Part shown: in pieces, positions 13,401 through 22,746 of the stretch
Numbering within the stretch: position 1 is the stretch's first letter
How the letters are laid out: each line of letters starts with the position of its first letter
DNA from: Catajapyx aquilonaris
Lineage: Eukaryota
DNA: 22,839 bases
Assembly (NCBI GenBank): GCA_000934665.2
Contig: KZ538315.1
Location: forward strand, 62,001 to 84,839
Direction of reading: 5' to 3'
Notes under the pieces: model-generated
The model's input: only the letters and a program-made list of their open reading frames with translations
Databases searched by the model: none
Told to the model about the DNA's origin: nothing
Position numbers and translations under genes: made by a program

Positions 13401-16400
13401 CGGTGTACGTGAGGTATGCCAGCATGAGGCGAGGTTTTCACTTAATTAACCCTTTATTAGTATTAGCAATATTATTATGATATAATTCGTATTAACTGCC
13501 TATACCAGAGTGCCTGAAGTATTGAACCAGTGAAAACTGCGACCAGGTATTGAGCAAAATATGTCAGTGCCCTCAATTAAATGGCTGAGAACTATGCAAA
13601 TAGGTACTGTTGATATTTCTCGTTGATGAGTAAAATTCAATAAATTTCTTGCCTAAACCATATGACCATTCGACCAATTTCATAGGTGGTCGGGCTCCTT
13701 CAACTATTTTTTTCCAGACCAGCCTTCCCTGCATTTAGTTAACGGAAATTCTTTACATGAAACCTGATATCAGATATACGGTACCGTACGTAATAATTTT
13801 TTGGTAATCATAAATATATCTTCGCAGGAAAACTGCTTAAAAATTAAGCAGCTTCGTGGCAAAAGTTGCTAATAATGATTACCTGCCACGGTATTGTATA
13901 CAGTGCACGCTGTAGGCGTATACGAGGGGTGTTATATAAGTTCGTGGTTTCGCCTAGAAGGAGAAGCAAATGCGGAAACTAAACATCGCCATTAAATCGA
14001 GCCACCCTTCAAACCCCTATATCCACCCAATTGACATAGGTGTCAAAGTCCTTGGGTTCAGAAATAATTCGGATGTGAAAGGGTACGCAGCATTTTGTGA
14101 AGATGGCGAACATCGCACATCGCGCGGTCATCCAGTACCTGGTGGCAAAGGGAATGGGTGCCAAGGACATCTTTGAGGACATGAAGGATACATTGGCTGG
14201 CGATGCACCATCCTACAGCGTGATCCAGAAGTGGATTGCCCTCTCCAAACACGGCCGAGACAGCCTAGAAGACGACCCCCGCTCCGGAAGACCCGTGAGT
14301 TCCACCACTGAAGAAAATGTGGCCAAAGTGGAGGAACTAGTGATGGGAGACCGAAGACTGATTATCAGGTACCTTGCTGAGGTGGTGGGCATCTCAAAAT
14401 TTTCAATCCACACCATACTACATGACCACCTGCGCCTGTGGAAGGTGTCAGCACGATGGGTACCCCGAATGTTGTCGCCAGAGCAGAAGGCGGCGCGTCG
14501 GGAGATATCACAAATTAAATTTGGACCTGCTGAATGCTGATGCAGAAGGATTTTACGCTCCTCTGGTCACACAGGATGAGACCTGGGTACCTCTACCTGT
14601 TCCCGAACATGAAGAAACACCTGCGGGGTCGACTCCATGGGAGTGACGAAGAGGTCAAGGCAGCTGTGGAGGACGTCTTGGGGGGGGGGGGGTGAGATTC
14701 TTCCTTCTACCGGAGCGGTTTGGAGAAGTTGCCACGAAGATGGACAAAGTATATTGACCGGTGTGGGGACTATGTTGAGAAATAAAATTGTTTCTTTGTC
14801 ATGTCTCGCGTATGTCTACTTGAAACCACGAACTTATATAACACCCCTCGTATAGTTGGCGGCAGTTCAATGGTAGATAATGCAGTACCGTACAATGTGT
14901 TTGGGTACTCCGGGCAATTTTTGTTATCTACGGAAACCAGCATCTGGGCACTCATCAACTACTGGTCATCAACAATACCTATACAGTATATACACATGCC
15001 ATAAACACATCCATATATGCACACAAGAATCATGTAAAACATTAATAGAATTTGCTAAACTTTAGTAACTCTCAAGCACAAAGCACTCACAGTCAGTACC
15101 AACAAGAGAGCACCAAGCACCACCAGCACAACAAAACACTTTCATATCACAACCACCAACACTACTAACGCAATAACAACAAAAAATAAACATCCGTAAA
15201 ACGTAGTAGTTCTATCTCGTCGTCAATTCAATGCTTTCCTAGAGAAATTACAGCCTCAAGGAGAATTTTTTGACAAAAAATCATCCCATAATGGATAATG
15301 CAATATTTTCAAACTTCAAACCTTCCTCGAATTTAATCAAATGTGACTCTGGTTGTTCTGCATTTCAGGTTATGACATGGGTATTGGACAAGGGACATTC
15401 CAAGAGTAGGGCCTGCAGTATTGAGGGAGTTGTCTGTACCACTAGACACCTATAGAACTCATTTGACAAAAAAATTTGGACTCTTATCCTCCAAGTCAGC
15501 CCGAAATAAAAACAGAATTAAATGTTGATTAAATGGGTAAGCAGTTTGTTAGTAAAAAGTAGGGTATGTAGGGGTAAGTGTGGCCGGATTTTGATTAGGT
15601 ACCGTTTAAACTTTAAAGGCATGCTACTTCCTCAGTAATTAGCAAGTGAGAAAAAACGTCATGGGCAATGTAGCTACCTTACCTTATTGGCTTTCAAAGT
15701 GGCCTATTGCATAACATTAATTTATGTGTGCTCCGAAAAGTATAATTAAAATATGCACATGGTGCACAGTGCCGCACTTGCCCCACGATACGGGGAAAGT
15801 GCGAATGTGGAATTCTCTTGCAGTAATAAACATTGTTCATAGGCTACGCCCCCCTTTTGCGCCAATTTGAAAGTGACTTTTAAATCCACGACAATTTATC
15901 GAAGAATGACATTTTGGTGCTGAAAAGTGGTGAAATGTGTGTTTATAGGTAGACTATGGTAGACTCACAGGTCAGGTTTTGTGTGCAAAAATTTCCCAAA
16001 TCCCAGACCATGGCTATAGGACCCCAATGGGTCAGCTTACGTAATAGAGAGTAAGAGCACACACGCACATGCTGAGAATGGCATGTTTTTATCGAATTCA
16101 ATCATTTTGCCACTTTCTGTCAAAAAATTTCGTTTGTGTTTGTTATTATCACTGATAACAATTTTGATACGGAAAATTGCGAGTTGCTGTACTGGATGGT
16201 AACTCCCGCACAAAGGGCAGAGAGGACGATTTTGTGACCAATTCGAAGACCAGGTTACTCTTAAGTAACTTTTTGGTGATTGTAAATGCTCCTTGCAATG
16301 AAAAATGACACACGGGATGACATACACCAGCCAATTTGGCACCTGCAGCATTGTTGCACTAGTGGATTCTTCGCTCCATTGTATTAGCTCATGTGCAGTT

Positions 16401-17514
16401 GTGCATTCCACTTTCGCATACACATCGGGATCTACCCATCATACATGTTGCGAATGATCTCGTAGAATGGAGCGAGTAATTCATCGAATCTTATTGATGG
16501 AGGACTGTTTAGGGAGTGTACCGTCCTGCATAACATTTTGGTCGTGGAATAGGTCACGACCGTTAATCACCTAACTTGCCCTTCACGTGGGAGTTCCGGA
16601 ATTCCCTATATTTATTAGCTTATTACGTATGGAACCAGAGCATTTCTTCATTTATGCTCGTCACGGTAATAACAGATATATTATCTTGGAAAGTTTCTGG
16701 TGAGATGTGATGACATTACACAGTATTAATACGCAGTCAGAAAATGCAGGAAATAAATTGATTGGAATGTAATGATGCACTGTGAAATGTGAAATTGCCA
16801 AATGACGTTAACGATATACTGCATTATAATTGTCCACCTGTAGGTAGTGGGGGCAAACCCAGCAGGGAACCTCGTTAATGAGACGAATAGAGTTCTCTGC
16901 AACTCATAATGCTAATTCTGCTTCATGTTTATCTGCAGTGTGGCACATGCACCATACAAAGTCATCGCCTTTATAATCGCAAAAATGCAGTGCGTGCAAT
17001 GTCACAATACAAAGACGTGTCAGTTTCCATCTTCGTGATGAATTTGTTTTTGCATATCTCGTGCAGTTTTTTTTAACTATCCGCGGAACCCCAACACATC
17101 TGCCTTGAGTACAGGTGATCACAGCTTCTGACTTATTTACGTCTCTGGTCTCGAAAAGCATATAGTGCATGTCACTAATTTAATGACAGTATTTCCGTAT
17201 ACTGCGTGTGTACAGGTTGTACCCCCCCCCCCCCAAGCAATTTGCCACCCGAATATTGTTAATAACTCCTTATCTATTATCAGGAAAGTACTCACAAATG
17301 CAGGTATAAACCATTCTTCTTCGGATGGACCTCTTGAAGAAGCAGGAGCACCCATCGCAGCAGAAGACACCATAGTGCTTCCCGAACGACTTGTCTCCGC
17401 AAACCTCGCAAGGAACCGGGTTAGGCAGAGTCCTTCCTATTTTTTTTCAATAAATAAATATTTTGTGAAATATTCGAATTATAATTTTTTGGGGGGTGTC
17501 ATATACTGACCCAT
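8131..17514 (-). CDS. Hr83: Orphan nuclear receptor HR83 (NR2E5); exons 17514-17511, 17436-17296, 11525-11430, 9949-9666, 9273-9135, 9005-8797, 8621-8468, 8363-8131
   Basis: Spliced length is 1260 nt (419 aa) and all seven introns are GT..AG with matching phases. The N-terminus reads [89 protein letters not shown]. The P-box [15 protein letters not shown] and AVQEERGPR are HR83 signatures within NR2E. The ligand-binding domain (LBD) includes [43 protein letters not shown] and RFGRLLLLL. Exon 5 (9273-9135) and the 4-nt first coding exon are the least certain parts. Confidence 0.9.
9339..9556. mobile_element. Degenerate MITE in Hr83 intron 4
   Basis: The left end AGCACCTCCGAAACCG..CGTAACGGAAC..CTATTTGGTT resembles the reverse complement of the right end, AGCACCCAGAAAACCG..CGTTACAGAACTGGCTATTTGGTT. 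The interior is AT-rich. No clear TSD. Confidence 0.5.
10369..10445. repeat. Compound (AT)n(AC)n microsatellite
   Basis: Read directly from the sequence; the YIYIYI ORFs here are artefacts of the repeat. Confidence 0.97.
12773..13072 (-). mobile_element. tRNA-derived SINE, copy 1 (Hr83 intron 2)
   Basis: The minus strand begins ACCGAAGCAGTAG, then A box TGGTGGAGTGG and B box GGTTCGAATCC. A core GGTTTTCTGTGGTTTCCC..TAGGCAACAGCCGCTTCCTTCC follows, with a (TTA)n tail. The TSD is about 15 bp, T(T/C)TTTTAAATTAATA, at 12758-12772 and 13073-13087. A homologous copy lies at 19532-19960. Confidence 0.9.
13923..14850 (+). mobile_element. Internally deleted mariner element (about 930 bp, irritans-like), antisense within Hr83 intron 2
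   Basis: Perfect 29-bp TIRs CGAGGGGTGTTATATAAGTTCGTGGTTTC (13923-13951 and 14822-14850), flanked by TA on both sides. The element encloses mariner transposase sequence. Confidence 0.96.
14103..14785 (+). pseudogene. Mariner transposase pseudogene (HTH domains intact, catalytic core deleted)
   Basis: The frame reads [38 protein letters not shown], followed by a frameshift near 14515. After VTQDETWV it jumps directly to [42 protein letters not shown]. The HDNA and YSPDLAP regions are absent. Confidence 0.93.
15560..15803. mobile_element. Possible pogo/Tigger-type transposon terminus
   Basis: A motif recurs in both orientations after a TA: GGGGTAAGTGTGGC (15571), GCCGCACTTGCCCC (15771) and GGGGAAAGTGCG (15792). 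This layout is typical of sub-terminal transposase-binding repeats. The partner end was not found. Confidence 0.35.
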
Positions 17515-18227
17515 AGTGTGAGGGGGCGAGTGGTTAGACCCGGTTGTGGTCTCCTGAGGTCGAAGTCGATTTGCTGTGAATTGCCCTTCGACGGGGGGTT
17601 AGTTCACGTGATGGCAGACATCAAGGGGCATGCGGACTCGACCCAACGGGGGAAAACAGGCATGAAAAGGTGGGAGGGGCTCCATGGGGGTAATGATTGC
17701 TGATGGCTGCTGAATACAGGTCGCCCAGGAATTAATCATTCATAGCTTGATTTATGTGGCTTCTATACGCGATTATTTCTGCAATTAACATTTTTGGAAG
17801 CCCGGAGCCATTGTGCACAAAGTATTTTGCTACGTAATATTCCATGAGGTATTTGAGGTGGCATGATGTGGAGTTGCATACCACTGTGAATTATTACGAC
17901 GAAAGTACACACGACCAATATTAGAATTTTAGGACACCTTGAATACCCACAATCGTACAGTACATAATTATTCATTTCATAGTTTGATTAGTAGTGTTTC
18001 TGTATAGTTGCAATAACTCATTACCGGACGTGTGCACGAATTAGCCCAGAATTTTAGAGGCGCCATGCAGAGCTGTAAACCACCATTAAGGGCAAAAATG
18101 AAGGCCTAATATCTCATCAAAAAATGACCAATAGATACGACATGCCTGATCAATATGGCCGGACAAGGGTATTGAGGGCTATAAAAATCTGAGGAAGGTA
18201 TATAGTCATCCGACTCGAGACTCCCCC

Positions 18228-18302
18228 ATTGGACGGCCCCGACGCCCCTCGACGCACTATCCTGATTGGACGCCACCGACGCCCGCCCTCGTCTCCTATT
18301 GG
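18228..18302 (-). promoter_or_regulatory. Triplet of CCAAT boxes in a GC-rich patch about 0.75 kb upstream of the Hr83 ATG
   Basis: ATTGG at 18228, 18265 and 18298 (spacing 37 and 33 bp), interleaved with CGACGCCC repeats. A transposon origin is also possible. Confidence 0.4.
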
Positions 18303-19165
18303 CTCTTCCCTTGACTGCAAATACACCTGGATTGACATTGCGCCGTTTTCCGCAGCCCCATTTTGCTGGGGACATCTTGTTACCGAGCAACTAGGTGCTT
18401 CGCCGACACAAACAAGATGAAATATTCAGGGAGCTAGAAAGAATGGAGCGCTACTCAAAAGGGCAGGAGAGGCCTTCCTTTACGTGCTGGCCGATCGCTA
18501 ATAGGCACGGAACACATGCAATCAGTAAGCACATAAAATTAACTCCAGGAAAAAAAAATGCAATTTTCTTTTTTTATTTCCAGGTCTTATCGTCGGGGAG
18601 ACGTTTATGATTCTTGAGAGGCCATTTTCGGATTGTACATGGGGGGGTTGCAGGAGGGATTATCGTAATGCGGTGGTTGCATCGACTTGGTGCATTTTAT
18701 ATGCGGCTGTCAGGTTTGAAGAAGGAAGCTATTATGACAAAAAGGTAGAAAAGCAGGAGTAGGAATATTGGTCAATTTTGATGGTCAAATTGGATTGTTA
18801 CTTGGTTGATATCAATTCATAATGGTATTGAAAGCATTGAGTGTCATTATCGTTGCGTAATGAGGGGTAAATGATTGATTGAGTACCGGTAGTAGTCCTG
18901 TGTTTTACATTCTCAGGGCTGGAGTGTTTATAGGAAGATGACAAACGAGGAGTGATGGATTATTTAATTGGGTAATACTCCTTACTAATGTGTGACATCG
19001 TAATGATGGGTTTTGTGTTCCACCCATTGGCATATTGTCAACATTCCCGCAATAGAAAGATAAAGCGCTTCATTTTCTTTTTATAGGAAATATGAGATCT
19101 GCATGAGTGAGCACTCATACAGGTCTCACATTTCCTATAAAATAATGGATAATAATAATAATAAT

Positions 19166-19225
19166 AATGGTTAATAGTGTACACTAGTTTGCAGAACTGT
19201 AAACTAGTGTACACTCTTAACCATT
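19166..19225. repeat. 60-bp near-perfect palindrome
   Basis: AATGGTTAATAGTGTACACTAGTTTGCAG-AA-CTGTAAACTAGTGTACACTCTTAACCATT: 29-bp arms with two mismatches. Confidence 0.85.
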
Positions 19226-19524
19226 GTCCCATAAAAAACCGTTGACAGACAGCAAGGGGACATGGTAGGCTATAACATAATTATAATAATTACAGTAGTT
19301 CCCCTCTCCGCTGGCGATTGGTTTTAAGACCCCTTCGGATTATAGCGAACACTGAAAAATACAGTAGACATTTTGAAATATGCATACACATTTATGGTAC
19401 AGTTTAATTTTGAAATTATACACATTGAGACACGAACAAAAACAATAAAATATAGTACTTATAACAATACAGTACTTTGCAGACTACAGTAATAAAGTAG
19501 CCTACGTGTTGGAATTAAATTCTT

Positions 19525-19563
<39 letters not shown>

Positions 19564-19793
19564 TTTTACCCCGTTTTAGGTGGTGGCATACCACCGTCAG
19601 TTTTCTTCGATTTTTCTAACTCTTACTTCAGACATGGGTGGGGCCAAGGATAGGGACGGAAGGAGGCGGCTGTGGCCTATTTTTACCGGCGGAAACGACC
19701 CCAGAATTATCCTCTGGGGACCGTGGAAAACCATAGAAAACCACGGTCAGGGTTTGGGTCAGGGTTGCCGGCCCCGGGATTCGAACCCAGGAC

Positions 19794-19832
19794 CACGGAG
19801 CCTTGAGTGAACAAGCTTCTCAAGGCTCCGTG
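19794..19832. mobile_element. 39-bp palindromic micro-element with 8-bp TSD
   Basis: CCCAGGAC [CACGGAGCCTTGAG-TGAACAAGCTT-CTCAAGGCTCCGTG] CCCAGGAC. The TIRs are perfect over 14 bp. The equivalent site in SINE copy 1 is empty. Confidence 0.9.
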
Positions 19833-19868
19833 CCCAGGACCTCCCAATTAGCAAGGGGACTCCATATC

Positions 19869-19930
19869 CACGAAGCCTTGAGTGACCCAGGCATAGTACA
19901 GTGTATGCCTGGGTCACTCAATGTTTCGTG
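19869..19930. mobile_element. 62-bp palindromic micro-element with 8-bp TSD, same family as 19794-19832
   Basis: TCCATATC [CACGAAGCCTTGAGTGACCCAGGCATA-GTACAGTG-TATGCCTGGGTCACTCAATGTTTCGTG] TCCATATC. The TIRs are 27 bp with two mismatches. The equivalent site in SINE copy 1 is empty. Confidence 0.9.
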
Positions 19931-21472
19931 TCCATATCCACTACACCAACCTGCTTCGGTTAATTCTTTTATTTAACATTTAATACAGTATTTTCAAAAC
20001 TCGGATACCTGAAACTTGGTGTTCAGTTACGCAAAGGGTTCCGCTATATCGGACAACACTAAACTAGAAAAACTAATTAAAGGCTCATTACATCTTAAAT
20101 AATGACGAACGATCAATTTTTCGATTTTCTTCGCCTTTATTTATCGCCCACTCTGGGTCCGGTTAAATTTGTGAAATGCGCTGAAATATTTGATTTCACA
20201 CCTTGCTCCAAGACATGCGTGTGCAACAGCCATGAAACTGTGACTTTCGGACATTGCATTGTCGTAGCTTGAGGTCGAGTAGCGGCAACAGTGCTTCTTC
20301 ACCTTGAGTCTTTTTAATCGTTGGCTGGTTACTAGGATATTTAAACGGACGAAGAGAGCACTTACTAAACAAGACCATTAGTTGCCTTTTTTTGGAGTTT
20401 TTCTCATCATCGCTGTCTATCTAGGGGGAAGATTACAGAGTTGAGTGCTGCTATCCTCATGCTTAATACATCTTCTGCAATATGAAGAAATGCCGAGACA
20501 AGTGAGAGGCGCACGTATATAGCTTCAGCCTATGGGAAAAACAATAAAGCGGATCTTTTATCATCAACAATTTATCCTCCTGGAGACAATGACACATGGT
20601 CATGATAGTTCAAGAAATTTCCATCGATATGGGCACGTCAGAGCCTCTTATGTGAACAGCTTCTTTCATCCCCCATCTGTTTTAATGTCGATTGTATTTG
20701 AGTCAAACATACCAGGAAGTAGCATTTTTCAACAATGCTATTGACCCCCCATAATTTCTTAGCTTTCGGCCGCATTAATCCTGATCTGTTACGAGTACAA
20801 TTGCCCTCGTTTTGCCCCCCAGAAATTGATAAACCGCCTAAAACACGCAATATGGCAAAAATATCGTTCAGCATTGCCTCCTTCAAGGCAGTGTATTCAT
20901 AATTTGTGCCGCGTTAGAAGTAGACAGTATCTGAGGCGCAAAAAACAAATGGCGGAGATGAAAAATTGAATCGCTCAATGGCTCGCGTCAGTCGAGTGAG
21001 TCCTGGCAGCCCCCACTTGGTTTATTCGTATCCAACATATAGCATGTGTGTGTAAAATTGTGTGTGCTCCATCCGCCCACCCACCTTACCTTTTCCTTGC
21101 ACCTGCCCGGTGAGCTCGACTTGCTCATGCCCCCATGAATAATTGACTCTTATTGATTACGAGGTACGGCCCCAAGCATTGCAGGCGACTAGGGTGGGGT
21201 TGTCAAAAGGACCAGGTGCTCAGAGTGACACCCACTCAGACCTATCACCTTTACTAGTCGATCCCTTCCCCCTACACACGCCTATTTCGTTTTGGTAAAG
21301 ACCAAATGGGTCAAGTGGAGAGATGAAAGGGTGGGTTGACATATGAGGGTTAAATGTAAGCCTATGTTTGAAAAGGTGGTAGAGTGTCAGAGGGTACCGA
21401 ACTTGTTAAAGACATGAGGAAACGGCATGAACATTGGATGACCAACAAGCTAAGTCAGCAGTAACAACTTTA

Positions 21473-21512
21473 CCTAATAGTACAAAAAATAACTATTTTC
21501 TGTACTATTAGG
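21473..21512. repeat. 40-bp hairpin
   Basis: CCTAATAGTACAAAAAATA..TATTTTCTGTACTATTAGG. Confidence 0.65.
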
Positions 21513-21542
21513 GACACGTCCTACTAATCACAAGGGAATGAC

Positions 21543-21889
21543 CAAGGGTGGTCGCGAGTGGTCGCCTCCGATTTGGCTGAAACTTTCGTGAGGGGCCAAT
21601 CATGTGCCATAAACAGAGTGGTGAAAGTCCTAACTGGCAATGTTCAGCCGTTTCCGAGATATGAGCGACAATTCATCCGAATTTTGGCCGCCCGTACAGG
21701 GGTCGGGCGGGAAAAGAACAAGTGCAAGGCCTCTCTACCCCTATACGCGCGGCCAAAATTCGGATGCATTGTCGCTCATATCTCTGAAACGGCTGAACAT
21801 TGCCAGTTAGGACTTTCACCACTGTGTTTATGGCACATGATTGACCCATCACGCACATTTCAGCCAAATCGGAGGCGAGACCCCCCTTG
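21543..21889. mobile_element. Foldback-type MITE with inverted arms of about 150 bp
   Basis: TCGCCTCCGATTTGGCTGAAA...AATTTTGGCCGC is mirrored by GCGGCCAAAATT...TTTCAGCCAAATCGGAGGCGA, with ends CAAGGG../..CCCTTG. The near-identical ORFs on opposite strands (GQSCAIN.VVKVLTGNVQPF) follow from the palindrome. The TSD was not resolved. Confidence 0.85.
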
Positions 21890-22399
21890 TCAGTATGACG
21901 AAAATGCTGCCCCTACACCTGATGCAACCGGTTGTACCTTGATGTTGCATACTACGTAGGATGAATCCGTACTTTCATTGCCATCGTGGTCAGAGTGCGT
22001 GACCGGGTGAAAAATGAGACCCGACGCAGGTGTAATTGTTAACGTTGTGCATGGATTGTGCGAACCTGTGGCCAAAATCAACACGCGACCCCGAGGGTCA
22101 CTTGCAAAGCACCTGCGTTGATTGCGGGGCATTACGTGTGTCGTTCATGGAGGGGTTATCGATAAGGGATTGAATCACTTTATTCCCCTATTTTTGCTGG
22201 GGTTGTCCCCAGGCATTTTGTTCCTTGTTCCAGGGACACGTGGCCCCAATTCAAAAAACAGGTGAGATAATGCCAGGCGGGTGGCATGAATAAACAAATG
22301 GGGGGGGNGTGGAAAAAAGGTGAAAGGAAATTGACGAATTTTTGTTTGGATCTGACGTGTGATGCACGGTGGGGCACTTGGTTAAAGGTGTGTGACCTG

Positions 22400-22612
22400 C
22401 ACCCGTGTCGACACAAGTAGGATTGTCGATTGTGCTTTTATACTTAGGTCAGGTAAGGGTTCCTGGAATGTTGGAAGGAGCAGGGCTGTTGTTAATATTT
22501 GAAACGAGTTTTGGTTAAGTAATTGCGCTAGGTTTCTTGAGATGTCAGTTGAATCTCCAAAATTAAGCATTTTGATGGTGCATGTAGATCAGATTCGTAA
22601 TGAGGTCACCCT
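22400..22612 (-). pseudogene. Decayed non-LTR retrotransposon apurinic-like endonuclease fragment
   Basis: Broken minus-strand frames give, in order, GDL (22610-22602), HHQN, FGDSTD..RNLAQLLNQNSFQIL, PTF and STID (22436-22425). This matches the order of the LINE endonuclease pattern GDxNAHH..WG.....G..L...L....L..LN...PTF....S.ID. Confidence 0.5.
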
Positions 22613-22746
22613 TGTCTTATACAAGTACTACTCCATTTTGCAGCAAGTATACTGGCATTGGATTTTGAGCAAAATGGCGAGGAAAATATGTTGGCATCAA
22701 CGCCGGTCTGTTCGGGAGGATTTCGTCGACCATTTAAAAACCTATA

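Larger units (their letters stand above)
19532..19960 (-). mobile_element. tRNA-derived SINE, copy 2, carrying two micro-insertions
   Basis: Minus strand: ACCGAAGCAGGT, A box TGGTGTAGTGG, B box GGTTCGAATCC, the same core as copy 1, and a (TAAA)n tail. A 14-bp TSD AATTCTTTTATTTA lies at 19518-19531 and 19962-19975. Confidence 0.9.
19293..20061. mobile_element. Old Tigger/pogo-family MITE (MER44-like layout) interrupted by the SINE
   Basis: It begins TA|CAGTAGTTCCCCTCTCCGC..GAT..TT.AAGACCCC and has an AT-rich body (AGTTTAATTT.GAAATTA.ACAC..AATAAAATA.A..A.TTATAACAATA). The right end is decayed (CCTGAAAC..CCGCTATATCGGACAACACTA). The resemblance is from memory of Tigger-derived MITEs, and the right boundary is approximate. 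Confidence 0.5.

Noticed and set aside
16037..16500. Faint pogo DDE-like ([12 protein letters not shown]) and RT-like ([11 protein letters not shown]) peptides on the minus strand
   Set aside because: Too short and too decayed to call without a profile search.
20077..21015. TTAA-AGGCTCATTACA start suggesting a Kolobok-like element with decayed ORFs
   Set aside because: No matching opposite terminus and no recognisable transposase motif.
21558..21959. Near-identical proteins on opposite strands
   Set aside because: This follows from the DNA palindrome and does not indicate a gene pair.
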